Assembly (NCBI GenBank): GCA_028534125.1
Contig: CM052851.1
Location: forward strand, 38,936,001-39,000,000
Origin: Lama glama
Lineage: Eukaryota
DNA length: 64,000 nucleotides
Direction of reading: 5' to 3'
The notes under the pieces were generated by a model, which was not told where the DNA came from, did not search any database, and saw only the letters and a program-made list of their open reading frames with translations. A program made the translations under genes and the position numbers. Positions within the stretch are counted from its first letter, which is position 1. Every line of letters starts with the position of its first letter. This document shows, piece after piece, positions 49,911 through 62,559 of this stretch.

Positions 49911-50410
49911 NNNNNNNNNNNNNNNNNNNNNNNNNNNNNNNNNNNNNNNNNNNNNNNNNNNNNNNNNNNNNNNNNNNNNNNNNNNNNNNNNNNNNNNNNN
50001 NNNNNNNNNNNNNNNNNNNNNNNNNNNNNNNNNNNNNNNNNNNNNNNNNNNNNNNNNNNNNNNNNNNNNNNNNNNNNNNNNNNNNNNNNNNNNNNNNNNN
50101 NNNNNNNNNNNNNNNNNNNNNNNNNNNNNNNNNNNNNNNNNNNNNNNNNNNNNNNNNNNNNNNNNNNNNNNNNNNNNNNNNNNNNNNNNNNNNNNNNNNN
50201 NNNNNNNNNNNNNNNNNNNNNNNNNNNNNNNNNNNNNNNNNNNNNNNNNNNNNNNNNNNNNNNNNNNNNNNNNNNNNNNNNNNNNNNNNNNNNNNNNNNN
50301 NNNNNNNNNNNNNNNNNNNNNNNNNNNNNNNNNNNNNNNNNNNNNNNNNNNNNNNNNNNNNNNNNNNNNNNNNNNNNNNNNNNNNNNNNNNNNNNNNNNN
50401 NNNNNNNNNN
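49911..50410. other. Assembly gap (500 N)
   Basis: Run of n. Confidence 1.
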
Positions 50411-50969
50411 TCTAAAACTCATTTCAGCGTTGCTTTTCTGAGCTCTGATGTGCTGCCCTCCAACAGTTATTTTCTGGCCCCTCTGTGCTGTCACCCCGCT
50501 TTGTGCATCCCATTCTTCCTGCACTTCTCATTGGTGTATTTGGAGGGCAAGGAATGTTCCCCCAGGGCTTGGTAAATAGTAGGTGCTCATTAAAAATGAT
50601 TGTTGAAGAAAGCAACCAAATGAAAGAAAAACTGGGTAGTGCAGGCAGAGCAAGACACAGAATGGTAGCTAACAAAGCATAAGTGACGTTGGAGGCCAGC
50701 AGACGAGAGAGTCAGGCTTGCAGAAAAGGTGGTGTATATGTGTATGCGTGTGCTCACAAAAGCAGGGGGAGTTTGTGGAGAGGTAAGATAGAGCACCCAG
50801 TGGATTTTAAGTTCCATAGGCAGATTGCAGGGACTAGGGCTGGACTCCCTCAAGGTTAGATGAAAGTGCCTCCTGAATTATCCTTGCAAGGTCGGAGAAG
50901 GATGGAGAGAAGAGCTTTAGGCTTGGAATTGGGATTCTGGGTGGTGGTGGCAATAATACTCTTAGTAGT

Positions 50970-51290
50970 AAGAACAACAGCAACAGTGACAACAGGTCCT
51001 TACTGTGAGTACTTTTCGTATTTTAGCCCTTTCACTCTCCCAGTAAGCCCTGTAGTTACTGTTAATTGCTGATGTATGAAGAACTGAGGTCGCACAGCTG
51101 CAGAGTAGTTCTAGACCTGGTTCTGCACTTACTGGCTGACTTTGGGGCAAGACAAGCTCCCTGAGCCTCAGTCTCCTTTTTGGTAAAAATGGGGAAAATA
51201 CCTATTGCATTTGACCTCTGGGGTTTGTTTGGCAGACTCAGCTCAGGTAGCATGTGAAAGCGTTTTTGAAAAGTGTAAAGCACTCTCAAG
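50970..51290. repeat. Two MIR fragments in opposite orientation
   Basis: gatgtatgaagaactgagg (minus), then gactttggggcaagacaagctccctgagcctcagtctcc...gtaaaaatgggg (plus). Confidence 0.7.
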
Positions 51291-53129
51291 TACTTGGAGC
51301 CAGCGCTGGGGAAGAAGGATAACTTGCAGAGTAATTGTGGTTGAGGTATTGAGCTCATACTTAATGTGTGTGCTGCTCTGAGTGTGGGCCATGGCTGTAC
51401 TTCCCAGCTGCACTGGGCTGGCTGGTGGCAGTACTTTAATTATATTTAGGATCAGGATTTGAGCTTCCATTAAAGAATCAAGAAACCAGTTTTTAATGGA
51501 GCTAAATATATATGTGAAATATCACCAGAGACAGATCTTGAGGGCTAAGCAGGCCTTCCCTCCTAGCCAGGGAAGCAGTGGGGAAGCAGGCTGGTGGGGG
51601 TTTGCCAGGGGGAGAATTACTCTGTTGGGCCATTGGGAACAGTGAGTCCCTGAAGCTGTTGACAGAGAGGCTGGCTCAGAGAGGTGGCCTGGGTCAGCTC
51701 CTGCAGCCCAGATGCACAGCAGTCCACTGACTGCTAGATTCTGTGGGCTGCTGGGTATGACCTGTTCTTCCTCAGATGAGAAATTTGTGGGGAGTTTGAG
51801 AAGTTGCTTTAAATTGCTGTTGCTTTTGCAATGGAGACTGTGTCCAATGAAGGGGTCCGTTTTTGTGGGCACTGGGCCCACAGAGGCGCCAGCCTTTGGG
51901 CTTGGGAGTGAGCTGTGCTGAGCCAGGCAGTGGATGAGGAATATTGGTGTAGGGTCAGAGGGGACAGTGTCTCCTTGTGCAGCCAAGGAAGAGCAATGTG
52001 GCCCTCTGAGGCCCGTCGCGAACCAGTATCCTCTGGACCTCCCTAAAGCTGAGCAGCCTCCTCCCTGAGGTCTCAGCTCAGCATGCCTCCAGCCTGACAG
52101 AAGCCTGGATTGGCCATGATGCCTGTGTGAATAATTATAGGTCACCGAACAGAACCGTAGTCAGCTACATCCCTCAAGAATGCCTAATTGTAGGCTACAA
52201 ATGTGAAAATATACAAGAGCTTAGATACATGTCATACCTCATTACAGAGAGCAGTGGCGTGAGTCAGATGTGACTTGGGTGGCTTTTAGTATGTTGGGAG
52301 CTGTTTGGTGAGCATGCTGGCTGGCCCTGAAGCAAGCAGGAGGCATATTCCCCATGCTTCCCACAGGGAGACAGAGGACTTGGGGAAAGGGGGGAATATG
52401 ACCACAGCTTGCTCTTTATATGTGCACTTACACAGCTAAACAAGGGTGGTCACTGAAGGTACATGTGATTCCTCTTTGGGATTGTCTTCTGCACCAGTTT
52501 ACAAACCGCATTAGAAAATGTCACATTTAGTCTCCGGATCTTTGGCATTTGTGAGTCTGATATTTTTGGCTTTATCTATTTCTAACACTCCTAAAGGCCT
52601 GTGGTATGTGGTAGTGTGTAAATTGCTGGCATGCAGGTTTGAAACAGTGCTGCAAGGACTCGGGAAGCAGGTGCCTCGCTGCCGGTGAGCCCCTTCTAGT
52701 GCCCAGCGTCAGCGTGCCTGCTGCGCTCTGTAGGTCTCCCTTCAGAACTACCGGTGCACTTACCAGGAAGGTGAAATGGATCAGGACGAGGATTCTTAAA
52801 ATGAGTCTGTGGAGGAACTTTGGGAGCTTGTGAACCCCCTAAAATGGCAGACAGAAATTTCTTAGAAATTTAGAAATTTTCTGTGGAAGCTCTTGGGGTT
52901 TATTAGATACCCACAGGGCTCTGTGACCTCGCAGTGAGTAACAGTGGCTGTGCTCTAAAGAGCGGAGATCTGGGGCAGTCTCACAATGCGCCCTTTTTGT
53001 TGTGACAGCCCCGCAGTGTACTTGACAATTACTACTTATTCTCACCCAAGATGCTCTTCTTTAGTTTCTCCTCTCTCTTGTCACACGGCTCTGAGTGAGT
53101 TAGCACCCTTGACGGATGCAGAGTTTCCT

Positions 53130-53340
53130 TCAGAGAAAATTCGGATAATGTTCCAAAGTCTCTGAGGGCAATTTCCAAACAGGAATTTCAGGAATGTTTT
53201 GAGAATGTATTAGAACAAACATTCAGGCCTCTAAGGACTACTTTGAAGAGATTAAGGTCTGTGTATATTGTGTATCTGGTATATTGTGTATCGTTATTGT
53301 TAAATCATCTGTTTCATTACCTAAAGTTTGACTCTCATAC
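53130..53340 (+). mobile_element. Mariner-derived element (MARNA-like) with transposase C-terminal remnant
   Basis: Translates LRAISKQEFQECFEN...DYFEE, similar to the mariner C-terminus LKAIPKEEFQKCFEQW...GDYFEG. Confidence 0.7.
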
Positions 53341-53809
53341 CCTCAGAAGTTGGAACCAAATCTATATCCCCAGCACAAAAAAATAGAGTATCTTGGAATT
53401 ATTTCCTTGAAAATTGCTCTGTAGTTACTACGTTGTCATTCAGATAGCCCCCAGTAGGCTAATTCACTCCTGGGGAAGTTCCTTAGAGAAGTGAGGGTAT
53501 CTGAAATACCTCATTTTACCTAACTGGACCATGCTTATCTATTGCTGGGCTGAGGGAGCCCAGGTTCACATAGGAGCCCACTTTGTCTTGTCTAGAGGGT
53601 TTGGGGCGCTTTGATAAAATGCCCAGCCCGGGTGGTCTGGTCTAGTCCACCATAGGGGCTGTCTCAGCATGAGGCCTCTCTCCAGCTGAGAAGGCAGCCT
53701 TAGCTTGGTCTAGATTTCTAGGCTTGTAAATAGTAGCAGTGGTGGTAGGTAGGGTTTATCTGTGGCTTTGGGGGTCCTCTTTCCTCTCAGTTTTAAATAT
53801 TTCAGTCAT

Positions 53810-54520
53810 CTCTAAGAATCAAGGAATCTCATTGTTGAAAAGGACCTTACATGCCACCTGTGCTAATCTGCAGAGCAAGGGTGGGGCAGGGGGTGCGGGG
53901 GGAGACCACTGACCTTACCTGCTTCTCTCACTGTTGTATCCCCAGCATCTTAACTTAACTGAGTGAGTGGCATGTGATAGGGGTTAAAAAAATACTTATT
54001 GAATGAGTGAGTCCCTTCAGCAGACCACTATCCTCGCTTCACTTGTTTATTCATTTGACAAATATTATTAAGTTCCTACTATGTGCCACTTAATCAGAAT
54101 TCTGGGGTATACTATAGTCAACAAGACATTCTTTGTCCTCAAGAGCCTAGTCTGTAATTGAGAAGTTAGGAATTAAAAAGAACTTATGGTCTCTAATTGG
54201 AATTTAAGAATAAGAAATTCTCTCTCATTTTGGCCATTCTAGATCTTCTTATTTTCTGAGATCTCTTTGGGGGACCATAGAAAACATATCTAATCCCTTT
54301 TTCACATGAGAGCCTTTCAGAATTCTTAAGGCAATTATCAGCCTTCTACATCCACAGCCTTCTCTTCTCCAGGGTAAACATTCTCAGTTCCTTTAGTCAT
54401 TTCTCCTGTGACATGCCTCTGAGTGCCCTCTCCATCCTGGTCACTATCCTTAGGGTGCAGTCCAAACTGAGTCTGTCCTTCTGACAGTGTGGAGTCCAGT
54501 CAGTGCAATATCCCAAACAT
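53810..54520 (-). mobile_element. CR1/L3 3' end interrupted by L2 tails (about 53930-54150)
   Basis: aggaatctcattgttgaaaaggaccttac (L3 tail, reverse) and agccttctcttctccagggtaaacattctcagttcctttagtcatttctc. Confidence 0.7.
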
Positions 54521-54811
54521 TAATTTCCAGGGAACATTCCAGCCTGGAGCCTTTCCTGGATTTCAGCTTTCCTCTGCTTCCTCTGGGCTCAGACGATGGA
54601 TAATGGAAAGAGACAGTCCTGGACTTGACCAGACTGAGAACATATTCATGTCTGGCTAATCCTGGAATTGAAAACTCCATTTTGTGCCCTTTCTGCCTTA
54701 GCGCTCCCCCACCCCGCCCCTCTCCCCTTGGTATAGATGGATCTACATACAGCCTTGCTGCCAGTGGCTGGCTTGCCTGGCCTTTTCTGAGTCATTGCCC
54801 TTCATTACCAG

Positions 54812-55064
54812 GAAAATTAGCATGAAAAAGCGAATTCCAGTTCTATAACTTTATTCTCTTCCAGCCCTTTGTCACATTGTCTCACCCCACTCCCCACCAA
54901 AAATGACAAAAGTTGAGTCTTGTGACATCACAACAGTTGGCTATTGTATCAACAGCTGTGATGTCACCAACAGAGGATTATGACTTCAGGGAAGAATTGA
55001 GGGAGGCTGTGTTTTAGGCAAGAAACCCCTTGTGAACAAAGGTGTCATTTTCATGCAGATCTTC
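54812..55064. repeat. Ancient palindromic element, possibly MER121-like; candidate conserved enhancer
   Basis: Inner 18-bp inverted repeat (54922-54939 / 54950-54967, 16/18 match) and outer 17-bp inverted repeat (54812-54828 / 55048-55064, 14/17 match). Family name from recall. Confidence 0.55.
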
Positions 55065-55494
55065 ACCCAGAAAGCCCATTTGGCCATTCAGTCAGTGGAT
55101 GGGCTGTCAGTGGACACCCGCTCCCAGATTCCCATCGTTCCCTCCCTGTGTGGATTAATGGCTGGGTTTGTGGCCATTGCCCAAGCCTGAGCCTGTGTGG
55201 AAGTCCCCTGCTGGCCGGCTGGCTTCTGGGCTGGCTTGGGTTTTATTCATGAGGTCTGTGCTGAATAGAGCTTTTCAGGAAGGGAGTTCAGAGGGGCGCC
55301 TGGGAGCCTGGGGTAAAGCTGATGCAGATGTGCACAGCCTCTGGACTGAGAAGGAGCTGGTGCTCTGTCAGCTGCAGTGGAAGCCTGAGTGTGCCGTCCA
55401 CTGGCCTGAGTGCTAGCTGCCCGCCTGCTGGGCAGGGTTGGGCCTGCCCTGGGAACTCCTCCTCAGCTGCTTGACACAGAGACTTAAAGACACC

Positions 55495-55668
55495 TGCTGC
55501 GTATAGCACAGGGAACTATATTCAATATCTTGTAGTAACTTACGGTGAAAAATATGAAAATGACTATATGTTCATGTATGACTGAAGCATTATGCTGAAC
55601 ACCAGAAATTGGCACATTGTAAAATGACTATACTTCAATCAATGAAAATATATATACGAAAAAAAAAA
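55495..55668 (+). mobile_element. Short 5'-truncated artiodactyl/camelid L1 3' end with A tail
   Basis: gtatagcacagggaactatattcaatatcttgtagtaac...actatacttcaat...A10. Confidence 0.85.
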
Positions 55669-55676
55669 TCCTGTTG

Positions 55677-56495
55677 CAGTGGTTTCCAGACTTTCTCAGT
55701 TCGTGGATCTTTATTTAGTGTTTTAGTAATTTTTCACAGTGCCCATAGGCCAAAAGAAATAACCTAAGTTTTATTTATTAAGTATTCAGATGTAAACTAC
55801 TTAGTAAGTGCTTATATCTTAATAACTGAGTAGGCATTTGAAAAAATTATACACATAAATTGAAAGGAAACATATTTTTAGAGGAGGGTTGGGGGGTGGG
55901 TGAAAGAGGTGAAGGGGGATTAAGAGGTATAAACCCCCTGTTATATATAATACATAACTCCTGAGGATGTAATATACAGCATAAGGAATATGGTCAATAA
56001 TACTGTAATAACTGTGTATGGGGACAGATGGTTACCAGGCTTATCGTGGTGATCATTCCATAATGTATGCAAATATCAAATCACTATGTGCTACACCTGA
56101 AACTAGCATAATATTGCACATCAATTTCATTTCAAAATATTTTAATTTCATTCTTAAATAATCACAGTCACTAACTTACGGAATGTACAGAGCACTGCAC
56201 AGCATCTCACATCTTGGAATCATTGAATTGAAAACTGCCATCCCCAGTTCCTGTTCCATACTGCTTTTCACATGGTTATTGCTTTTTATCACAGCAGCTG
56301 CTGAAAGCCCAGCTTCATAAAGAAATAACATCATTGAAAAGAATGTAGAGCAATCTAATGTTAAAACTGTGAACTCAGAGGGTGTCTGACAAATGTTGAA
56401 TATTGCTCTTATTTCCCTCAAACAGTTAAAGTCTCTTGCATCACTTCTGTGAGCTCACTGCGGTGCTCTAGGGCACCTCAGCACACAGGCTGAGC
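55677..56495 (+). mobile_element. Charlie1-like DNA transposon remnant, interrupted by an L1MA
   Basis: cagtggtttccagactttctcagttc...ggccaaaagaaataacct... and ...gaaaagaatgtagagcaatctaatgttaaaactgtgaac...gggcacctcagcacacag. Confidence 0.75.
55880..56140 (+). mobile_element. L1MA-type 3' end
   Basis: gaggatgtaatatacagcataaggaatatggtcaataatactgtaat...acacctgaaactagcataatattg. Confidence 0.85.
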
Positions 56496-56969
56496 CACAG
56501 AAGCCAGGTAGCACTTGCTTTATTTAAAGGAGGAAAAAGAGGCAAATTCCGTTCTCATCATAACCCTTAAAGAAGTTGGACAGATGGGTGGACGGACTCC
56601 CCTTATCTTCAGTCTCAGTACCAGTGGGACTGCATTTTTAGGGGAGGGCCTTTCTTTGACCAGGATTTCTGTGTTTGTGCCTCCATCCCCAGATAGGGAA
56701 GAATGATAAGGAGAAAAGGCCTGAAGATCAGCAAGAGAGGAGCATCTCTTATATTCATTTTGTGTTGATTCGGGGCCCTCTGAACTGGATGGCTTACAGA
56801 AAATGGGATTTTAACACCAAGAATTTGCAGGCCAGGCATGAGACCACTGCCAATATCCTTTTTTAACTGTCCAGACAGAGCAGGGCTGCAGGGGTTTACT
56901 TGGGATGGAAGATGGCGTCCTGCCGCAAGATATGACAGAGACCAAAGGACTTATGTGCTCTGGTTTCAA

Positions 56970-57150
56970 TTATAGAGCTCAGTGCCAACCCCTCCAGACT
57001 CTGGGATCTGCCACTTACTATGAAACCCTGGGCAAATTGCTTACCTGAACCTCAGTTTCTTTGTCTGTGAAATAGAGATAATGTCAGCTATGTTAATGAG
57101 ATAAATGCATACTTAGAAGCAGCAGAGCCTGGCTGTACACATGCACTTTC
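56970..57150 (+). repeat. MIR SINE
   Basis: tctgccacttacta...ctgggcaaattgcttacctgaacctcagtttctttgtctgtgaaatagagataat. Confidence 0.8.
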
Positions 57151-57465
57151 TTCTACTACCTTCCAAAACTGAGACTTTTCTCCAAAGAGAAATCCAGCCC
57201 TAATGGTTCTGTCCAAGATCTGAAGGTTGAGAGTTACCCTTCTTCTTGAAAACTTTGCTCTGTGATCTGATGTTCCCAAATCTGCAGAGCTCTGTAACCT
57301 GTGCACTCACTCTGAAGCTTCCTTTTTCACTCTCTAAATGGTATTTTTTCATGAACAGAGTTCTTATTTAGTGTTCTTATTTAATTTATCAATAGTTTAC
57401 ATTATGGTGGTTGCTTTTTGTATCCTGTTCAAGAAATCTGAGGCTTGCTTCAAGATCTCCTTGGC

Positions 57466-57604
57466 TTTTTTTTTTTTCTTAGGAGGAGGGTAATTAGGTT
57501 TTTATTTTACTTATTTGTTTATTTAATGGAGGTACTGGGGATTGAACCCAGGACTTTGTGCACACTAAGCATGGACTCTACCACTGAGCTATATCCTTCC
57601 CCCA
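57466..57604 (-). mobile_element. Second young tRNA-Ala-derived camelid SINE
   Basis: Reverse complement has A and B boxes (gatatagctcagtggtag; gggttcaatcccc), the aaacctaattaccctcc tail and poly-A. TSD-like ccttggctttt / ccttagctttt. Confidence 0.9.
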
Positions 57605-57619
57605 CCTTAGCTTTTACTT

Positions 57620-57970
57620 TTTTTTTTCTTTTTTTCTGTTTGCAGTGTTCTTCTGCCTTCTTTATCTTCTGCCTTCTTTATCTTCTACAAGTCATGCAAG
57701 ACTCAGCCCAGTGTCACTTCCTGTCTCCTGTGGAAGCTCTCCCCCATATCCACCCTGTCCACCTGATTAGATGTCCTTCTCCTTGCTCTCAGAGCTCTGT
57801 GTTCATACTTCTGTCACAGCTCTAGTTACATTGTACCAGAACCTTTTCTTTACTTGTCTGTCTCAGGCAGGATGGGGAACTGCTCAAGGGCAAGGACCAG
57901 AGCGTAGCACAGTAGCATGGGGGCCTGGCTGGGAAGGTGCCCTCAAAGGGTTCAAGTAAGTAAACAAATG
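57620..57970 (+). mobile_element. L2 3' end
   Basis: caagactcagcccagtgtcacttcc...gagcgtagcacagtagcatgg...aagtaagtaaacaaatg. Confidence 0.7.
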
Positions 57971-58509
57971 GAAGTCTTAGGTGCCCACCCTTGTGTCTCT
58001 GTTTCTTCTTCTCTGATGGTATTTCCCCACCTTTTCTTAAGCTGTGCCCTCTTTTGTTGAGCAGAAAGATTTTCCAGGGAGATTGTGAAATGCTCCCCCC
58101 AGAGAGTATGCTGCAGATTTAGAGTTAACTACCTTACAGTGCTTCCGAGAGGGCTGATCAGTAGTGTCTAAACAGTAGACATCAGGAAAGGAAGGTCTTA
58201 AAATTCATGCAATTTCAGAGAAGGACCCTTGCACTTTATAATAAGAATATAATGTAATATATTAAGAATGTAATGTAATCTTTGCGGAGAGCACTTTCAG
58301 TTGTTCTTGGGCTAAAGCCGCCCTTGCACTGAATCTTTTGGGTGTTTGGAGGATGTGGCCCCCTTTTGAATTTTCTGAGTGGGTGTGCTTGCTGCAGGTA
58401 GGTCAGACTGTGAACTGGGAAGGCTGGTGGGGTTGGAAGATGGGCCTGGATGGTGGAGCTGCTCACTCTCTCAAGGTGGGACCACTCTGAGCTGATGGCA
58501 GTTGTTTTC

Positions 58510-59200
58510 TCATTAAAAAATATTTATTGAGGGCCTACTGTGCACCAGGGTCTGTCCTAGGCACTGAGGGTACAGCTGTGAACAAAAACAAAAATCCCTA
58601 TATATATAAATATGGTAAATAAATTGCAGAAAGAAAAGCAAAATGTTAGATGGTGATAAATGCTATGGTAAACAGAAAAAGGGAGAGCAGGAGTGCTGAG
58701 GGGGCTGTGGGGTAGAGGAAGGTTTTTTTAAGAGCTTCAGTAAGAAGATGATGTCTGACCAGAGACTTGGGGGATGAGGGAGCAGGCTCTCTCAGTGGAG
58801 TATGCTCCAGGTACAGGAGACAGCAGGTCTGGAGGCCCGGAGTTGGAATGTGCCTGTGTATCAGAGGAAATGATAAGGAGTCAGTGTCGCTGGTGGGGAA
58901 AGAGTAGTTGAAATGAGGTCAGAGATGTCATTGGGACCCAGATGATGAAGACCTTGTAGGTCATTTTTTGGCTCTTGCTTTGAACAATTGGGAGCCACGT
59001 TAGGGTTTTGAGCAGAGAAGTGACAAGATCTGCACTGTTGCCAGTGGTGGTGAATGTGATGGTGGTAGTTTATTGAGGGTCCATTATGATTGTCTATTTT
59101 CTCAGTGAAATAGGAAACAAATTCGGCTAAGAGAGTGAGGACAAGGAAAGAAGTCTTGAGGCTGAGAGTTGGAGGAAAGTTAAACTCTTGGCCCAAAGGC
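58510..59200 (-). mobile_element. L2 LINE 3' portion
   Basis: aatatttattgagggcctactgtgcaccagg...gttttgagcagagaagtgacaagatc. Confidence 0.85.
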
Positions 59201-60148
59201 TTCAAGTGTGTTCCCTCTTGGTTCTGAGTGTCTTCTGTTTTTTTATACATGGCTTCTTACTGGTCTTCATGTTCTCATTATAGAGGTGGGGTATCCTTCC
59301 TTTGCTGCAGATAGGAAACTGAGGTATCCAGACTGGCTCTGTCACTTTAACCCTTCCTATTTCCTTCATCTTCTGAGAAAGTCAGCTTGTGGGTGGTGTG
59401 TTTTCCTGGAGCAGGGCAGGCATCTTGAGTTCAGCTAGACTGAAAAGCATGGGAAGGGTGAGAATGAGGTCAAGATTTAGTATCAGAAAAGGCTTCAGAA
59501 AGAAGTTGACATTTGAACTGGGTATTTAAGAAGCAGTGTGGGTGGAGGACTTGAAGATGGAAGGAATTGGCTGAATGAAAGCTTGGAGGCATGAACATTC
59601 CTGGCATGTGCAGGACGTGGCAGCCTGCTGTGAGTGGCCTAGGGAAGGCACTCGTGTGAGATAGGTCTGCGGCCTTGGAATCATCATGATTACAGGACCC
59701 ACCGGGTTCTTCTTGCCAAAGTGAAAGAGGGCAGGGCTCTGCAGGGTGGACTGGACCTCTGATCTGGGGACAGAGTGGGCTCCATCATCCTGGCAGAGCT
59801 GGGTTAAGCCGCTTGCTGAGAGGCTGAGAGTCTGGCAGAAACAGCTATGTCTAGGTTTTTAAAACTGTCTTGGAAGCAACCAGATTTCCTTTGGCCTGGA
59901 ATTGCCCAACGAGCCCTCACCCCATTTCAGGCTTTCAGGAAATATTTAAACCCAGCTTCAAACCTCCATAGAATCTGTACTGAAGTGGAGAAGGACCATC
60001 TGGCAGGAAAAGAGATTGAAATGGTTGAGGTTGAAAACTCAAACTTAAAGGCCTCTTTGGGGAGGAGAATTGGGAAAGAGGATGTGGGAGTTGATAAGTG
60101 GACAGTGAAGAGATGGAAATAGAGCTTAATTTTTTTCTGGTTATTATT

Positions 60149-60172
60149 CAACAACAACAACAACAACAACAA
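60149..60172. repeat. (CAA)n microsatellite
   Basis: About 8 CAA units; explains the poly-Leu start of ORF 59927..60172. Confidence 0.9.
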
Positions 60173-61268
60173 AAATCATCTTTTTTTGTTGCTGGTTGAG
60201 GAGGATTTCAGCCTCATAGGGACTTGTAAAAACACCCGGAAATTCTTCTGGTCTTTAGCAAAACAACTCTTGGTTCCACTCCATGTGATCAGCTCATAAT
60301 CCCCTTGACATTTTTGCTTGAAGGGCTTTCTGGACCTAGACTCTCAGAACCTGGGGCTGGAATGGAAGTGATCCAACGTACAAGGTATGTCAGAGCACTG
60401 ACCGAGGGAAGGTGTCGGGCGCCTTGGAGGGAATTAGGGGATAGACTTGAGAAAAACCTTCCTGGCTCCATTTTAAAGCTTTTGATACCCATCCACCCAA
60501 CCTCTGAGCCCACTGTCTCCCCTTTCCCTTGTAATCCCTTATTTTTAGGCACAACAGAGCCAAAGACAAGGTTGTGGGCAGAGAACCAGTGAGAAATGAA
60601 TCAGGAAAGGAGGAAAAAGGGAGGTGGAGGAGAAGAAAGCTTGCATGAATGAGATGAAGGCAAGTTTCCCGGAAACAGCCTTTCCTCATGGGTGTGTCAG
60701 ATGAGAACCTGTGGTTGCAGTAGGGTCCTGAAAGATAATAGGGGCACTAGGGAGGAGGTTGAAACTCTTGAGACAGACAGGATTGGCTGAGGGGTGGGAG
60801 GAAAAGGCCTGTGGTTGACAGTCCAGCTGGGTGGCAGCTATAGGTGGAAAACTCCCTTCCGTTGGTTTTTTAGCAGCCATGACTTTGGGGAGTGAACAGG
60901 TGCACCTTTAAAGCTTATGCCAGTGCTAGAATTTCTAGGGCCTTTTGTCTTCCTTGCCTTTGACTCCTTGGGGGCCTCCTTTGCCATCAGTTAATCAGTC
61001 AGTTAACATTTATTTGTGTGCCTTTTATGTGCAGAACTTTCTGCCGTGTTCTGAGTATTGTTCAAAACATGGAGAAGAACTAACTGGCACTGCCCTATGG
61101 CTTTCTCAGCTGTGGGTGGACAGAGTGGGCCACGATGTCAGGAGACCTGGGGGGTGGCTCAGTTTCCTAGGAAACCAGAGAACAGAGAGGCTGTGCAGGT
61201 GAGCTGCTAGGGCAAGGCCTGAGCTGTTAGTGCAGCGGAGCCATGAAGGGTAAACACAGTGCCTCCCA

Positions 61269-61296
61269 CCCAGCCCAGCCCAGCCCAGCCCAGCCC
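61269..61296. repeat. (CCAGC)n pentanucleotide repeat
   Basis: cccagcccagcccagcccagcccagccc. Confidence 0.9.
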
Positions 61297-62559
61297 AGGG
61301 GCACCTGCAGGAGAGAAAGAAAGAATCAAACGCTCAGGCTTTGGAGAACTCTGGTTTAGGTGCTTAGAAGGAGCTCTTTCTAACGATGACCCTCCTTGAA
61401 ACTTCACAGTGCCAATATTAGTTACTGAGAGACTCTTGGAGGAAGAAATGAAAGACCTAAGCTCTTCTCTAGGGGAGCTGCCTGTCTGTTCCTTATCCCC
61501 TGGCGGGGCCTAGGGCTGAGGAAAGGCTGCAGGAGGGAGTCAATAAGGAGGTGAAGCGGGTCTGGGGAGGTGTTCTTTGGGCAGGCTGACTCCTGGACAG
61601 GCGGACCGCTGCTGTAGCGAGCCGCAGAGTCCGTGGGCTGAAACCAGGTTCTCAGGGCACAGCAGAGCTCAGTTCCCCTCCTGCCTTCTTCTTCCCTCCA
61701 CGCTGCTTCCTCCGCTGTTACTTCCGCACCAGAGATTGCTTAGGAAATTAGTGAAATGTAGGGTCGGGAGAAATTCTCTCGTGTGGTTTAGAGGTCTCTT
61801 TGGTCGGTGTGTCGACTTCTTACCTGAACCGGAGAAGCAAAGTGCTTGGCAGTGTTTCCTCGGCGTGACAACTGACGTTAACCCCAGCACAGCGGGAGAC
61901 TTCCTCCAAATGCCGCATCTGTTCCTCATCGCCCTCAGGGTTCACATGCCTCCTTCCTCAGGGGCAGGGTGGACCATAATTAAGCCTCCAGAAAAGTACC
62001 ACACATTTAGAAATGTCACCTAAACAAGGTGTTTGTTGCTCTAGGAAGGTTCATTCTCAGAGGCTGGGCACTCCTTATAAGAAGCTCCTTTCAGAGACTG
62101 GTCTCTAATGGGTCCCTTCTCAGACCTTGGAGAGAGCGTCTGTGGATCAGGTGATGAGACTGGATTGTAGCGAGAGGGAGTGCTGAGGGGGCTGGAGAGA
62201 GCATTGCAGGATGAAGGCTGGCCTGAGCGAAAGCTTGGAGCCTTCCAGAGGGCCTCTCCTCCAGTGTCAGTGAGGGGGATAGATGAAGGGTTTTGGGCAG
62301 CCAAGAGGCACTGTCCTGACCAGGATGGGCTCCTCAAGCCCAGCCCCCCAGGATGCTATGTGTGGCTGCTTCCGGTGCCCTGCCCGCAACCCTTCCCTGC
62401 TGGGACCCAGGCTAGGGTGGTGGCTCTCAGCTGCCAACTGGGAGAGTCAGGGCCCAGAGCTGAGTGAAGCTGGCCAGCTGTAGGCCTGGGTGGGGAGGGA
62501 GGTAAACTGGAGAGAGCTTGCTACATCTAAATGGACTGCCAACTGCTGCCGTGTAGAAA

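Noticed and set aside
49880-50524. 214-aa ORF
   Set aside because: Artefact of translating through the 500-N gap.
51522-52145. 207-aa minus-strand ORF
   Set aside because: Non-ATG start, random-looking composition, no domain.
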